Below are positions 38,900 through 50,444 of a stretch of 64,000 nt of DNA, one piece after another. Position numbers and translations under genes: made by a program. The stretch is taken from the NCBI GenBank assembly GCA_026413865.1, contig JAOAKB010000003.1, forward strand, positions 32,480 through 96,479, read 5' to 3'. Position 1 is the stretch's first letter, and each line of letters begins with the position of its first letter. The notes under the pieces are model-generated. The model made no database searches, had not been told where the DNA came from, and saw nothing but the letters and a program-made list of their open reading frames with translations. This DNA is from Nitrososphaeria archaeon (lineage in GTDB: Archaea > Thermoproteota > Nitrososphaeria > JACIWG01).

Positions 38900-39883
38900 A
38901 TGGCATCATATAAAATAGTTTACCTATCAAAAAAAGAAATAGAGTCAATGTGCATAAATTCTTTAGATATAATGCAATGGGTTGAAACTGCCTTTAAAGA
39001 AAAATATTTTAAGACGGTTGAAATTCCACCGAAACCCGGTATTCATCCATCAAATGGTACATTTATCCATGCGATGCCTGCCTTTATTCAAAAATTTGAT
39101 GCGGTGGGCATAAAATGGATTGCAGGTTCAGCTTTAAATCCATTAAAGAATCTTCCATATCTTACAGGTCTTATAATATTAAATGATCCTGAAACAGGTT
39201 TGCCTATTTCAATTATGGATGCAGCATGGATTACTGCAAAAAGGACTGCTGCTGTTTCAGCAATTTCAGCAAAATATCTTGCTAGAAAGGATTCTGAAAC
39301 TATCTCAATAATAGGTTGTGGTGTGCAAGGTAGGAGTCATTTAGAGTTTTTATCACTGGTATTAAAAAATCTAAAAAAGGTTAGTGTCTTTGACATTGTT
39401 TTTGAAAGGGTATTAGAATTTGAAAATTTTGTGCAAAAAAATTTTGGTTTAGAAGTTCGTAAAAGTAGTTCTCCTGGAGAAGCAGTACAAGGGTCTGATA
39501 TTATTGTAACTGCTACTCCAATACTAAAGAATCCCAAACCTGTTGGAAGAATAGAATGGGTTAAGAACGGTGGGCTTATTGTGCCACTTGAATTTGACAG
39601 TTACTGGTTACCTGAAACTTTTTCTAAAGTTGATAAAATTTATACAGATGATATTGAGCAACTTAAATATTATCAAACATTGGGCCATTTTCCTTCAATA
39701 AAAAAAGTGGATGGTGAGCTTTGTGAGTTAATTGTTGGGAGGATAGAAGGTCGTGTCGATGATAAGGAAAAGATAATGGCTTTAAATTTAGGTCTCGCTA
39801 TATCCGACATTATCGTTGCAAAAAAGATTTATGAAAAAGCTTTAGCTAAAAATTTAGGTTTATCTTTAGAATACAATATGTAA
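38900..39883 (+). CDS. ornithine cyclodeaminase/mu-crystallin family protein (possibly archaeal-type alanine dehydrogenase)
   Basis: OCD-family Rossmann IIGCGVQGRSHLE. 327 aa. Confidence 0.6.
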   Translation: MASYKIVYLSKKEIESMCINSLDIMQWVETAFKEKYFKTVEIPPKPGIHPSNGTFIHAMPAFIQKFDAVGIKWIAGSALNPLKNLPYLTGLIILNDPETGLPISIMDAAWITAKRTAAVSAISAKYLARKDSETISIIGCGVQGRSHLEFLSLVLKNLKKVSVFDIVFERVLEFENFVQKNFGLEVRKSSSPGEAVQGSDIIVTATPILKNPKPVGRIEWVKNGGLIVPLEFDSYWLPETFSKVDKIYTDDIEQLKYYQTLGHFPSIKKVDGELCELIVGRIEGRVDDKEKIMALNLGLAISDIIVAKKIYEKALAKNLGLSLEYNM

Positions 39884-40040
39884 ATCTCCAATTGTTATAT
39901 GTTTTTTAAAGTTACATAAAATATACTTTTCTAGGGAAACCTGGTTATTTCTGTGATGTTTAGACTAGAGTGGCATTAGAGGTAAGATTGGAAATCTTAA
40001 AACTTAATTATGGTATTAACCCTCATGTCTTAGGCTGAAA

Positions 40041-41138
40041 ATGATCGATAGAAACGAGATTTTAAGTGTTCTTTCAAGATATGATTTGAAAAAAATTTCT
40101 ATAGCCACATTATGTTCCCATTCTTCCCTTCAGATATTTCATGGTGCAAAACGTGAAGGTTTTAGAACTGTTGGTATTTGTTTAGCAGATAGGGTAAAAT
40201 ATTATCAGGCTTTTCCCGAAGCTTTTCCTGATGAGCTTGTAGTCATTGATAACTATAAAGATATTCTTGATGATAGGGTTCAAGAGCAACTTATTGGCTT
40301 AAATTCTATAATAATTGCTCATGGATCATTTGTTGAATATGTTGGTTCAAAAAATATTCTAGACTTATTCTATGTACCAATGTATGGTAATAGACTTGTT
40401 TTAGAATGGGAGGGTGATAGGGAAAAACAGTTTAAGTGGTTTGAAAAAGCTGGATTAAATTTTCCAAGAATATTTAGGAGTCCCGACGAAATCGACACCT
40501 ACGCGTTTGTAAAAGTTTATGGTGCGAGGGGAGGTAGAGGATACTTTAAGGTTAGTAGTAGGGAAGATTTTTATAAAAAGCTTGATGAGAAGATTAAGGC
40601 AGGTTTGATTGGTGAAAATGAGAAGCTTGTTATACAAGAGTTTGTTGCGGGTGTCAGATACTATCCACACTACTTTTATAGTCAAATATATTCTAGAGGT
40701 TTAAAGTTGAGCAAGGGTGGATTAGAACTTTTAAGTATTGATAAAAGAATTGAGCCAATAGATGAAGTGTACAGGGGTTATCCTGACATCATACCCGACT
40801 ACCTTGACTATACTGTAACAGGGAACCAGCCTGTTGTTGTTAGAGAAAGTTTTCTTCCACAAATCTTAGACATGGGTGTAAAACTTGTTGAATCATCAAT
40901 AGAACTCTTCCCTCCTGGTCTTATAGGCCCATTTTGTATTGAAACAGTCTATAATCCTAGAAAAGGTTTCATGGTTTTCGAAGTGTCTGCACGGATTGTT
41001 GCTGGTACAAATCTTTATCCAGAAGGTTCTCCTTATACACCATACTTGTTTAGGGAGCCTATGTCAACAGGTAAAAGAATAGCTATGGATATAAGGGTTG
41101 CTCTAGAAAAGGGTATCATATCCTCTTTAATTTATTAA
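40041..41138 (+). CDS. purP: 5-formaminoimidazole-4-carboxamide ribonucleotide synthetase PurP (ATP-grasp)
   Basis: N-terminal IATLCSHSSLQIFHGAKREGFRTV matches archaeal PurP. 365 aa. Confidence 0.7.
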   Translation: MIDRNEILSVLSRYDLKKISIATLCSHSSLQIFHGAKREGFRTVGICLADRVKYYQAFPEAFPDELVVIDNYKDILDDRVQEQLIGLNSIIIAHGSFVEYVGSKNILDLFYVPMYGNRLVLEWEGDREKQFKWFEKAGLNFPRIFRSPDEIDTYAFVKVYGARGGRGYFKVSSREDFYKKLDEKIKAGLIGENEKLVIQEFVAGVRYYPHYFYSQIYSRGLKLSKGGLELLSIDKRIEPIDEVYRGYPDIIPDYLDYTVTGNQPVVVRESFLPQILDMGVKLVESSIELFPPGLIGPFCIETVYNPRKGFMVFEVSARIVAGTNLYPEGSPYTPYLFREPMSTGKRIAMDIRVALEKGIISSLIY

Positions 41139-41142
41139 ACAA

Positions 41143-41685
41143 TCATTTTATTAAGTCGTATACGGTTTCCACTATATTTTTGTCTTCTAGTTGTTTAAGT
41201 GTTTCCATCAACTCAATCTTTGTTGTTTCTATGATTTCATCTACTTTATATCCTCTACTCTTGTAGCTTTTAGCCTGTAATATTGTTGAAAGTTTGTCTG
41301 CAAGTTTAACAATCTTTGCCTCCAAACTTTCTCCGTTAGCATATTCTTTAAAAATTTTTCTTATTTCTTCTGAGCCTGTGATTTTCTTGACTGTTTCACA
41401 CTCGATTTCATGCTTTACTTTTTCACTTAATCTTTCAGTTAATGCTTTTGGAGTATCTCCCAAAACTGATTCGCTTAGATCATGAACTAGAGCCATTGTC
41501 AAAACCTTTCCATTATCAACTTTATCATCCAATTTAAAGGCAAATGCTAGTGTAATTAGAGCTACCTCGAAAGTGTGTTCTGCCACTGTTTCTGCATCAT
41601 ATGATGGTATCTCTTTCTGTAACCATCCTGTTCTAGGCATATTTTTTAATATTCTAGTGGCTTTAGTGACTGTTCTTATGTCCAT
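41143..41685 (-). CDS. HD-domain phosphohydrolase (YfbR-like 5'-deoxynucleotidase)
   Basis: H...HD...D metal motif (VAEHTFEVA...LVHDLSESVLGD). 180 aa. Confidence 0.6.
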   Translation of the reverse strand: MDIRTVTKATRILKNMPRTGWLQKEIPSYDAETVAEHTFEVALITLAFAFKLDDKVDNGKVLTMALVHDLSESVLGDTPKALTERLSEKVKHEIECETVKKITGSEEIRKIFKEYANGESLEAKIVKLADKLSTILQAKSYKSRGYKVDEIIETTKIELMETLKQLEDKNIVETVYDLIK

Positions 41686-41691
41686 TAAAAT

Positions 41692-41994
41692 CTAGCCTTT
41701 CCATAACCCTAATGCTAACCCAAGTAAAAATGTTAGAGAAGAATAAGGTAATATGTTTATTAGTGGGCTTGCTTCACTCCAAATCTTTGGCAGATATACT
41801 AGTGCTGCCTTAGCTATTTCCTCTAAGCTAGGTAGTTGCATGTATCCTATAATCGCCAAAAATATTAGTAGTATGATAAGTGCTATTACTAACTTTAATG
41901 CCTTTTTGATTATTACACCAACTATCAATCCAATAATAAATGGTGCTATTACTGGAATAATCCATGCATATTCTGGTGGAATAAAATTTACCAT
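41692..41994 (-). CDS. hypothetical small membrane protein
   Basis: 100 aa, 3 TM; ORF only. Confidence 0.3.
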   Translation of the reverse strand: MVNFIPPEYAWIIPVIAPFIIGLIVGVIIKKALKLVIALIILLIFLAIIGYMQLPSLEEIAKAALVYLPKIWSEASPLINILPYSSLTFLLGLALGLWKG

Positions 41995-42046
41995 AATTCT
42001 AATCTCTTAACATCATGATTTAAATATTTTCTAAGGAATTTAATTT

Positions 42047-42952
42047 TTAGGAAAGCAACTTTTCTATATTAAAATCCTCTATTTTCCATTTTCTTTGCAG
42101 GCTGTATGTTATATGCGGTTTAAATTTTCTTCTCACATTTTCTAGTTTTTCTCCTATAATCTCAATTTTTTCTATGCTTCCTTCCCCTATTCCCGCCTTT
42201 TTTAAATAATGCAAGTATCCTATTTCATCTGGATCAAATCCCATAATATATGCTCCAACTGTGTCGGCTGCAACTGCGTCTGTGCTAGCTATAACTATTC
42301 CCATTTCTACCGGCGTTCCTGAAACTGGGCCGTCTCCTTCCATTGCCAAAAATCCATCTATTATTGCTAATTGTGGCCAAACATATTTTGCGATTTTGTA
42401 AATGTTCAAGTTTATTGCCTTATATCCCTGATGGATTCTATGTTTGTCACCTTGCAATATGCTTCCTACAACCATATTTTTTATTGAGAGGGTTGCAATT
42501 ACTGTGTCATGTGTTTTTAATACGGCTGACGATATTCTATAATCACTTTCTAAGACTTTTTTTGAAATTCTAACTGGAATCTGACTATAGTTGCTGTCAT
42601 AGATCATTACTTCCCTATAATCGTCTTGGTTTAGGTCAAAAAGTTCTATTCTATTTTCTTGTGCAAATTGTGTGTATCCAAAGTTTTTGAATGCTGTAAT
42701 TGTATTGGTTGCAGACCCTTCTACAATAGAAATTTTTCCATTATAATATTGTTTTATGAAATCAAATATTGCCTTAATTGTATCAATGTGTGTGGATGCA
42801 AGTTGTCTGTATGATGACACAAGGTTTGGTTTAATGATCACATTATTTTTTCCATAAATTCCCTCCACTATCTCATCTTTTATGTACTCCAATGCCTTTT
42901 TAACAGTATTATATCTTGTCTGTCCTTTAGCTATTGCTACCCTTTTACCCAT
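42047..42952 (-). CDS. DUF362-domain protein
   Basis: 301 aa, DUF362-like. Confidence 0.45.
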   Translation of the reverse strand: MGKRVAIAKGQTRYNTVKKALEYIKDEIVEGIYGKNNVIIKPNLVSSYRQLASTHIDTIKAIFDFIKQYYNGKISIVEGSATNTITAFKNFGYTQFAQENRIELFDLNQDDYREVMIYDSNYSQIPVRISKKVLESDYRISSAVLKTHDTVIATLSIKNMVVGSILQGDKHRIHQGYKAINLNIYKIAKYVWPQLAIIDGFLAMEGDGPVSGTPVEMGIVIASTDAVAADTVGAYIMGFDPDEIGYLHYLKKAGIGEGSIEKIEIIGEKLENVRRKFKPHITYSLQRKWKIEDFNIEKLLS

Positions 42953-42991
42953 TTCCCCCTATAATTGTAGACTGCATTAGTTTATGAAATT

Positions 42992-44119
42992 TTAAAATTT
43001 AAAAAATCTGTTTCGTGTTTTCTCGTACTCTATATTATCTAAACCGAATTCTTTTGCAAGCTCTTGAATTAGTTCCTTTTGTCTTGGTGTAAGCTTCTTT
43101 GGCACTATAACGTTTACCTCTACAATAAGGTCGCCTCTACCTCTTCTATCAAGCCTTGGCATACCTTTTCCATGTAATCTTATAGTTTCTCCAGGTTGGG
43201 TGCCTGGAGGTATCTTAATAATTGTGTTTCCATCTAATGTTGGTATTGTTACTTCTGTACCTAGTACTGCTTGTGGGAAACTGATTTCAAGCTTATAGAA
43301 TATGTCATCTCCTCTTCTTCTAAAATGTTTGTGGGGTGCTATTCTTATTCCAATGTATAAATCTCCAGGTCTTCCTCCATTTGGTGGTATATCACCTTGC
43401 CCTTCTAGTCTCAGCCTGTAACCTTCATCTATTCCTTGAGGTACTTTAACTGTAATCTTTCTCTTACGTTTTGTAACGCCTGTACCTCTACATTCCCTAC
43501 ATGGTGTTTCTATAACTGTACCCTTGCCCTTGCATGCGTAGCATGTAGTAATTTGAACAAATCTAGCAAATCCACTGCTTTGAACCCTCTGTATTTGGCC
43601 AGTTCCTTTACATACATTACATGTTTTTGGAGCTGTTCCCGGGCTTGCACCTGAACCATGGCATGTGTCACATATTTCGTTCCTGTAAATTTCTATCTCT
43701 TTCTCTACACCTTGTGCTGCCTCCTCCAATGTTATCTGAAGTTCATAGTATAAGTCTCTGCCTACATTTTCCCTAACTCTATCCTTTCCAAAGAAGAAGT
43801 CAAATATGTTGTCGAAGTCGAATCCGAATCCTAAGTCCCTAAATATTGATTCAAAATCTGTTCCTCTGAATATATCTTCTGGAGTATATTGTTGCTGGAA
43901 GCCAGCCTGTCCAAGCATATCATATTGTCTTCGCTTTTCATCATCAGATAGTACTGCATATGCTTCAGAAATTTCCTTAAATTTTTCCTCCGCATCAGGT
44001 GACTTGTTCCTGTCTGGGTGATAGAGCATGGCAAGTCTTCTATATGCCTCCCTAATTTGTTCCTTAGTAGCGTTTCTTGGTACACCAAGTATCTCATAAT
44101 AGTCCTTTTTTCCAGACAT
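42992..44119 (-). CDS. dnaJ: chaperone DnaJ (Hsp40)
   Basis: J-domain with HPD (LYHPDRN), G/F region, four CxxCxGxG zinc-finger repeats. Confidence 0.9.
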   Translation of the reverse strand: MSGKKDYYEILGVPRNATKEQIREAYRRLAMLYHPDRNKSPDAEEKFKEISEAYAVLSDDEKRRQYDMLGQAGFQQQYTPEDIFRGTDFESIFRDLGFGFDFDNIFDFFFGKDRVRENVGRDLYYELQITLEEAAQGVEKEIEIYRNEICDTCHGSGASPGTAPKTCNVCKGTGQIQRVQSSGFARFVQITTCYACKGKGTVIETPCRECRGTGVTKRKRKITVKVPQGIDEGYRLRLEGQGDIPPNGGRPGDLYIGIRIAPHKHFRRRGDDIFYKLEISFPQAVLGTEVTIPTLDGNTIIKIPPGTQPGETIRLHGKGMPRLDRRGRGDLIVEVNVIVPKKLTPRQKELIQELAKEFGLDNIEYEKTRNRFFKF

Positions 44120-44237
44120 GCTCTATCACCCTATTTTTAGACGGTATACATTTCCATATCCAATATAATTAAAAGTTTAGGATATCAATTCTAATTTATT
44201 TAAAAACTTATTATTGCTGTGCCCATTTTTTACTTGT

Positions 44238-46097
44238 TTATGTTACCTTATAATCTGTATTTACGGTCTTATCGTCTGGCTGTTTTCCTTGCTCACTTTT
44301 TTGCTGCTTAGCATATTCTGATGCTGCTTGCTGGTATATTATTGTTCCTACTTCCTGTAGTACTTTTCTAAGCTCCTCACGCTTCTGCTTTATCTTTTCT
44401 ATTTCTTTGCCTGAAAGTGCTTCACGTAATTCTGAAACGGCTTTATCAATTTGTTCTTTCTGCTGCTGTGTAAGCTTGTCTCCAAGATCTTTTTTAGTCT
44501 TTTCAGAAGTGTATATTAGTGCTTCTGCATCATTTCTAAGCTCAGCCTCCTCTTTTTTCTTTTTATCTAGTTCAGCGTACTGTTCCGCCTCTTTTATCAT
44601 CTTCTCCTTTTCTTCTTGTGAAAGTTTTGTTGCTGCTGTTATTGTTATCTTTGCCTCTTTTCCTGTTCCCAGGTCTTTTGCAGTAACATGAAGTATTCCA
44701 TTTGCGTCTATATCGAATGTGACTTCTATCTGAGGCACACCTCTTGGTGCTGGAGGTATTCCAGTCAAATGAAACATTCCTAGAGAAATGTTGTCCGCTG
44801 CCATTGCTCTCTCACCTTGTAAAATATGTATTGTTACAGCAGTCTGGAAATCTTCGGCGGTAGTAAATATCTGGCTTCTTCTAGTAGGTATTGGTGTGTT
44901 CCTTTCAATAATTTTAGTGAATATTCCACCTAATGTTTCGACACCCAATGATAATGGTGTAACATCGATTAGAAGTATGTCTTTAACTTCTCCCGTTAAA
45001 ACTGCTCCTTGTATTGCTGCCCCTATTGCAACACATTCCATTGGGTCCACTCCTCTTTCTGGAGATTTTCCTATAATTTTTTCAACAAACCTTTGCACCA
45101 AAGGCATTCTTGTTGTTCCACCAATTAGAATCACTTTATCTATATCCTGAGGTTTAAGTTTAGCATCCTCTATAGCCCTCATAATAGTGTTTCTTGTCCT
45201 CTCTACTATCGGTTCAGCAAGCTCCTCCAGTTTTGCCCTCGTTATTGTCATATGAAGATGTTTTGGCCCTGAAGAATCCACGTATATGAATGGTAGGTCT
45301 ATGTCTGTCTGTAAGAGTGTTGAAAGTTCTATCTTCGCTTTCTCAGCCGCCTCCTTTAGTCTGGCCATAGCCATCTTGTCTCCTCTTAAATCTATTCCAG
45401 TCTGTTTCTTGAATTCTTCAATAATATATGTCATGAGTGCTTGGTCTATGTCTGCTCCACCAGTTTGTGTGTCACCGCTAGTTGAAAGAACCTGGAATAC
45501 TCCTTTACCAAAGTCCATTATTGTAACATCATGTGTCCCTCCTCCAAAACTGAATACTAGAATCTTCATTTCTTTTTCAAGTTTATCTATTCCGTAAGCA
45601 AGGCATGCTGCTGTCGGCTCATTTATTATTCTTAGAACCTCGAATCCAGCAATTTCTGCAGCATCTTTGGTAGCCTGTCTCTGGTTATCGTTAAAGTGTG
45701 CTGGAACAGTTATAACACATTTTTTTATCGGGACTCCAAGGTATGCTTCTGCATCCCTTTTTATCTTCTGTAAGATGAATGCTGAAATCTGCTGGGGTGT
45801 ATACTCTTTTCCAAAAATGTTAACCTTATAGTTGGTGCCCATTTTTCTTTTTATTTCAAATACTGTTCCCTCAGGGTTTATTGTCGCTTGTCTTTTTGCA
45901 GGCTCTCCTACAAGTAGTTGTCCATCTTTTGTAAAGGCTACCACTGATGGAAACATTTTGCCTGCAATTGTAGGTCCCTCCGCACTTGGTATGACAATTG
46001 CTTTACCATTTTCCCATATTGCTGCGGCAGAATTTGTAGTACCTAAATCTATTCCAAGAACCTTTTCACGAACTTGAGTTCCACTCATTTTAATCAC
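44238..46097 (-). CDS. dnaK: chaperone DnaK (Hsp70)
   Basis: Hsp70 signatures ([17 protein letters not shown]). 619 aa. Confidence 0.95.
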   Translation of the reverse strand: MIKMSGTQVREKVLGIDLGTTNSAAAIWENGKAIVIPSAEGPTIAGKMFPSVVAFTKDGQLLVGEPAKRQATINPEGTVFEIKRKMGTNYKVNIFGKEYTPQQISAFILQKIKRDAEAYLGVPIKKCVITVPAHFNDNQRQATKDAAEIAGFEVLRIINEPTAACLAYGIDKLEKEMKILVFSFGGGTHDVTIMDFGKGVFQVLSTSGDTQTGGADIDQALMTYIIEEFKKQTGIDLRGDKMAMARLKEAAEKAKIELSTLLQTDIDLPFIYVDSSGPKHLHMTITRAKLEELAEPIVERTRNTIMRAIEDAKLKPQDIDKVILIGGTTRMPLVQRFVEKIIGKSPERGVDPMECVAIGAAIQGAVLTGEVKDILLIDVTPLSLGVETLGGIFTKIIERNTPIPTRRSQIFTTAEDFQTAVTIHILQGERAMAADNISLGMFHLTGIPPAPRGVPQIEVTFDIDANGILHVTAKDLGTGKEAKITITAATKLSQEEKEKMIKEAEQYAELDKKKKEEAELRNDAEALIYTSEKTKKDLGDKLTQQQKEQIDKAVSELREALSGKEIEKIKQKREELRKVLQEVGTIIYQQAASEYAKQQKSEQGKQPDDKTVNTDYKVT

Positions 46098-46705
46098 CTC
46101 TTAACATCATTTTTATTTATAGATTTAACTGCAACCTTAACTATACTAGGTCTAATGACCCTATCCTTCATAATATATCCTTTTCTAACTTCCTCTAAGA
46201 TTGTTCCTTCCTCTATATCCTCTTTTTCAATTCGCGCTATCACATAGTGTACGTTTGGATCGAACATTTTACCTAATGCCTCTATCTTTTTGACTCCCTC
46301 ATTTTCTAAAATCTTGTTCAGTTTTTTGAGTGTCATCTCTACACCTTCAAGTAAGGTTTTTATAGAATTTGTGTTCTTACCCGCCTCTAAAGCCATTTCA
46401 AGTTCATCCACTATTTCTAAAAGTGATATTATAAAACGTTCATTAGAATATTTTTTTATTTCTTCTATCTCTTTTTCTATTCTTTTTCTAAAGTTTAAGT
46501 AATCTGCTTGAACATATTTTAATCGTGTAAGATATTCTTCAGCTTTCCTTTTTTCCTCCTCCACCTCTTTACGATACAATTCAACTTTATTCTTTAAATC
46601 TTCGATTTCATCCATCTTTTCCTGTATTTTAATAGATTCGGTTTGGTTAACATTCTTTTCTTCTTTCTTCTCTTTCTCACTTTCTCCTTCAACTTTCATA
46701 TACAA
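46094..46705 (-). CDS. grpE: nucleotide exchange factor GrpE
   Basis: Coiled-coil N-terminus and GrpE C-terminal domain. Overlaps the dnaK start by 4 nt; grpE-dnaK-dnaJ order. Confidence 0.85.
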   Translation of the reverse strand: MYMKVEGESEKEKKEEKNVNQTESIKIQEKMDEIEDLKNKVELYRKEVEEEKRKAEEYLTRLKYVQADYLNFRKRIEKEIEEIKKYSNERFIISLLEIVDELEMALEAGKNTNSIKTLLEGVEMTLKKLNKILENEGVKKIEALGKMFDPNVHYVIARIEKEDIEEGTILEEVRKGYIMKDRVIRPSIVKVAVKSINKNDVKR

Positions 46706-46911
46706 TCACCTTATAGTATGTTTACTATTAATTAAATATAATCAATAAAGGGTTAAAATGCACATTTTTTTAACTTTACTTTCTATAGTAGAAACGGGTC
46801 TACATTATTTCCTTTTTATTTGTACTATATTCCTTTTCTTCTTAAAAAAAATAATGATTTGAATTTTATCACATTATTCAAAAATATAAAATTTTAGTGA
46901 ATTACTATGTT

Positions 46912-47814
46912 TTACTCTTTTATTAGCTTATATCCTGCTAATTTTTCCATTGCCTTAATCAGCGCTTGTGTTCCTTTTTCTGAAAGTCCTTCTGCCTCAG
47001 CTACTCTGAATATCTGTTGTACGATTGCGGTTCCAGGTAATGGTACATTAAGCTCTGCGGCTGTCTCCAATACTAGTCTTAGATCCTTTTGTTGTGTAGC
47101 TATTTTGAAGCCTGGCTCCATATCTCCTTTAATCATCTTTGGGCCAAGGTTAGATAGCATCCAAGAGTTTGCGGCCCCTCCAGTTAGGACTTCTAGCAGC
47201 TTGTTTAAGTCTAAGCCTGCTTTTGCCGCTAATATTAATCCTTCACATACTCCTTGAAGGTTCATTACACACATTATTTGATTGCAGAGTTTGGTGATTT
47301 GTCCATTGCCATGTGGCCCCATATATGTGACCCTTTTTCCAAGAGCTTGGAAGATTGGAAGGCACTTTTGAAAAGTTTCATAATTTCCTCCAACCATTAT
47401 TGATAAGGTTGCGTTTATTGCCCCTATTTCCCCTCCTGTTACTGGGGCATCAAGCATTTCCACTCCTATTTCAGCAAGTTTTTTTGCAATCTTTTTCGCA
47501 ACTTTAGGCGATATTGTACTCATATCAATCACTATTGACCCCTTTCTAACACCTTCTATTACTCCTGATGGTCCAAGAACAACTTCTTCTACATCAGGCG
47601 AATCCGTTAGCATTGTTATGATAACATTACTTTTTTCTGCAACTTCTTTAGGAGAACCAGCCCCCTCTGCACCCATATCTATAAGTTCATTCATCTTTGA
47701 AGCTGTTCTATTCCATACAGTTAGTTTGAAACCTGCCTTTATCAAATTTTTTGCCATTGGTTTTCCCATTATACCAAGTCCAATAAATCCTATTTTAAAC
47801 TCCAACTTTTTCAC
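46912..47814 (-). CDS. 3-hydroxyisobutyrate dehydrogenase/2-hydroxy-3-oxopropionate reductase family NAD(P)-dependent oxidoreductase
   Basis: N-terminal GFIGLGIMGKPMAKNL Rossmann motif and 6PGDH-like C-terminal domain. Confidence 0.7.
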   Translation of the reverse strand: MKKLEFKIGFIGLGIMGKPMAKNLIKAGFKLTVWNRTASKMNELIDMGAEGAGSPKEVAEKSNVIITMLTDSPDVEEVVLGPSGVIEGVRKGSIVIDMSTISPKVAKKIAKKLAEIGVEMLDAPVTGGEIGAINATLSIMVGGNYETFQKCLPIFQALGKRVTYMGPHGNGQITKLCNQIMCVMNLQGVCEGLILAAKAGLDLNKLLEVLTGGAANSWMLSNLGPKMIKGDMEPGFKIATQQKDLRLVLETAAELNVPLPGTAIVQQIFRVAEAEGLSEKGTQALIKAMEKLAGYKLIKE

Positions 47815-47894
47815 CTTAGTCTAGGTTTATGTTTCTTATTAAAAAGGTTTTAGAAATATTAAAATAATATTTGATTTAAAATTTTGATAAGAGA

Positions 47895-49304
47895 ATGTCC
47901 TCAAAATTGTCTTTTACTATAGAAACTGAAATTTCTCCAATCAATTTCGATTATCTTCTAAAATTTATTGAAGAAAACTATCTTAGGAAGAGGAATATTT
48001 TTAAAGACATTGCATTCTTGGAAGATGGGAGAGGTAAAATCCTCTCGTTTAAGGTCATGGTTGAAGGTTTTTCTTGGTCGATGGACACTTCTATTATTGT
48101 AGGAAATCCGATTTTAGTTGAAATGTATTTAAGTGGTTCTGTTCCTGAAGAATTTGTTTCTAGAATTAAGGAGGATCTCTTTATAAGTGTTCAAGTTTTT
48201 GAGGATAAAGTTAGACAGGCTACACTATACTTTACATGGGTTGAAGGAAAGACAATTGTTCCAGAAAAGGTTTTTTCAAAAAAGAACAATTTTATAATTA
48301 AGGTTTTTTCTGAAAGTATGCTCTTTTTTTTCCTAATTTTCATTTTTGTTAGTGTTTTTCTTTTTATAATCTTTGGACCCTATACACCAATATTCCTAGT
48401 CATGATTCAATTCATTATACTCTTATTCTCTGGAAAGATTGTCTCCTCTATTGGTGATTGGGAAATTACAAAAGATAATCCATATGTCCATATACTACAG
48501 TATCAACTTACACCTGAAGAAGTTGAAAGGATTAAGATCAATCCTAAGATTTTAGCTGAAATTAAAAATGAAGTATATAATTCGACTTTAGCTAAGGGTA
48601 AAAAAGTTGAATGTGAAACGGCTAAAGATATTTTCTTAAAATATGGCTTAAAATGTATGCCTGAAAGCGTTTCTGTTAAAATATTAAATCTTTATGAACT
48701 TGTGGAATATGCATGTAGAAAATTTAATCTGAATACTCCAAAAATTATTGTATCAAACATCACGATTCCAAATGCAGCAGCATCAGGTGTAAGTTCAAGA
48801 TATGGTGTCATGTTAATAACAACAGGTCTCCTTGTACAACTTAATGAGGAAGAAATTTTGACTGTAATTGGACATGAGCTTAGTCATATAAAAGGAAAGG
48901 ATACTGTCGCTTTTTTTACACTCGCTTCAGCAGAATATATTCTTAGAGTATACATACTCTGGCCCTTGGTTATGTTGTTAGGCTTTATATATTTACTATT
49001 AGCTTTCTCTATGGTCTATTTTATTGCAAAATTTTTTGAATCTAAGGCTGACCTAGAATCTGCTATCGTAATAGGTAAACCTAAAGTTTTGGCTGAAGCA
49101 CTAAGGAAAATTGGTTTTAGAAGGCTTGTGCTAGAAAGAGATATATCATTTAGAATCAGGGCATGGCTTGGATTTGACCCTCACCCTCCAATCTACTTTA
49201 GGATAAAACGACTTGAGGAATTAGAAAAGTCTGAAGATATAAAACATCCACTAATAAAATCGATAAAAGATAATGTAAGCGCTTTTGTTTCATTGTTCAA
49301 ATAA
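47895..49304 (+). CDS. M48-family (HtpX/Ste24-like) membrane zinc metalloprotease with an extended N-terminal domain
   Basis: HExxH in VIGHELSHIKGKD flanked by TM helices. 469 aa. Confidence 0.6.
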   Translation: MSSKLSFTIETEISPINFDYLLKFIEENYLRKRNIFKDIAFLEDGRGKILSFKVMVEGFSWSMDTSIIVGNPILVEMYLSGSVPEEFVSRIKEDLFISVQVFEDKVRQATLYFTWVEGKTIVPEKVFSKKNNFIIKVFSESMLFFFLIFIFVSVFLFIIFGPYTPIFLVMIQFIILLFSGKIVSSIGDWEITKDNPYVHILQYQLTPEEVERIKINPKILAEIKNEVYNSTLAKGKKVECETAKDIFLKYGLKCMPESVSVKILNLYELVEYACRKFNLNTPKIIVSNITIPNAAASGVSSRYGVMLITTGLLVQLNEEEILTVIGHELSHIKGKDTVAFFTLASAEYILRVYILWPLVMLLGFIYLLLAFSMVYFIAKFFESKADLESAIVIGKPKVLAEALRKIGFRRLVLERDISFRIRAWLGFDPHPPIYFRIKRLEELEKSEDIKHPLIKSIKDNVSAFVSLFK

Positions 49305-49341
49305 AATCTTAAAATATGTAATTCTATAGTTTATCTCTAGT

Positions 49342-49773
49342 ATGAGATTATGGTCTATTCATCCCAAATATCTTGACCAGAAAGGGCTTGTGGCTTGCTG
49401 GAGAGAAGGGTTGCTTGCAAAAAAGGTTTTGTTATGTGAGGTAAGAGGATATAAGAATCATCCTCAACTGATACGGTTTAGGGCACAAAAGGATCCAATA
49501 TCTGCTATTAACACCTATCTTTTACATATCTTACTTGAATCACTTAAAAGAGGCTATAATTTTAATAAATACAATATTAGTCCACCATTTTTAGATTATA
49601 CAATACCTGTGACAAAAGGTCAACTAATTTATGAATTTAATCATTTGATGAAAAAGTTGTTTAAGCGTGATAGAAAAAGATATAATAAGTTAATGGAAGT
49701 TATATTTCCAGAACCTCACCCACTATTTAATGTTGTAGAAGGTGATGTAGAGTTCTGGGAAAAGGTTAAATAA
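49342..49773 (+). CDS. pdg: pyrimidine-dimer DNA glycosylase (T4 endonuclease V/DenV-like)
   Basis: N-terminus MRLWSIHPKYLDQKGLVACWREGLLAKKVL...YKNHPQLIRF matches the conserved start of the Pyr_excise family, including the N-terminal catalytic region and Glu in WRE. 143 aa. Confidence 0.6.
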   Translation: MRLWSIHPKYLDQKGLVACWREGLLAKKVLLCEVRGYKNHPQLIRFRAQKDPISAINTYLLHILLESLKRGYNFNKYNISPPFLDYTIPVTKGQLIYEFNHLMKKLFKRDRKRYNKLMEVIFPEPHPLFNVVEGDVEFWEKVK

Positions 49774-49775
49774 TC

Positions 49776-50444
49776 CTATTTTTCTCTAACCTTTTCTACT
49801 TTTTCTCTAAAATTAATCCATCTTTTCTCATATTCTCTACAATATTCTGTATACGCAATTACATGCTTTTTAATTAATTCAAGTTTTGTTTCATCATCCA
49901 TTTTTTCTGCCTTAAAATATGCATAATCCCTGCATTGAAGTTTTCCACCAAACCCGGGAGAAAAGACTATACTAACATTATATTTTATGCTGTATTCCCT
50001 TGCAAGCTCATCTAACATTCTCAAATATCTTGTTGTCCAAGGCAACTTCATCTCCAAATCAATCCATTTCTCACGCTGTCTAAGTTCCTCTATACTTACT
50101 ATAATACATCCTTTTCTAGGTTTCTGATAAAATGTATCCAAAAACTCTTTTAATTCAATATCCGCCTGATCTAAATCGTATGCTGCCCCCTGCAAATCTA
50201 TGGACATATGAGGATAAACTACCACCTCATGCTTTAAACTCTCACTTACTCCTCCAATATATCCAATAGGTCTAACATCATATGGTACACAAATATTCCA
50301 TAAAATATTAAATCTTCGCAAAAAATTTGCATCATCAACCAAAATAAATGTGTCTCCAGTATACTTTATTAAAAAATCCTTCACCTTTTCAATAAACTCT
50401 CTGTCTAAATACATTCTTATCCTTTTCCACAAACCTATAAACAA
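49776..50444 (-). CDS. hypothetical protein (222 aa)
   Basis: ORF only; no motif recognised. Convergent with pdg, 2 nt apart. Confidence 0.3.
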   Translation of the reverse strand: MFIGLWKRIRMYLDREFIEKVKDFLIKYTGDTFILVDDANFLRRFNILWNICVPYDVRPIGYIGGVSESLKHEVVVYPHMSIDLQGAAYDLDQADIELKEFLDTFYQKPRKGCIIVSIEELRQREKWIDLEMKLPWTTRYLRMLDELAREYSIKYNVSIVFSPGFGGKLQCRDYAYFKAEKMDDETKLELIKKHVIAYTEYCREYEKRWINFREKVEKVREK

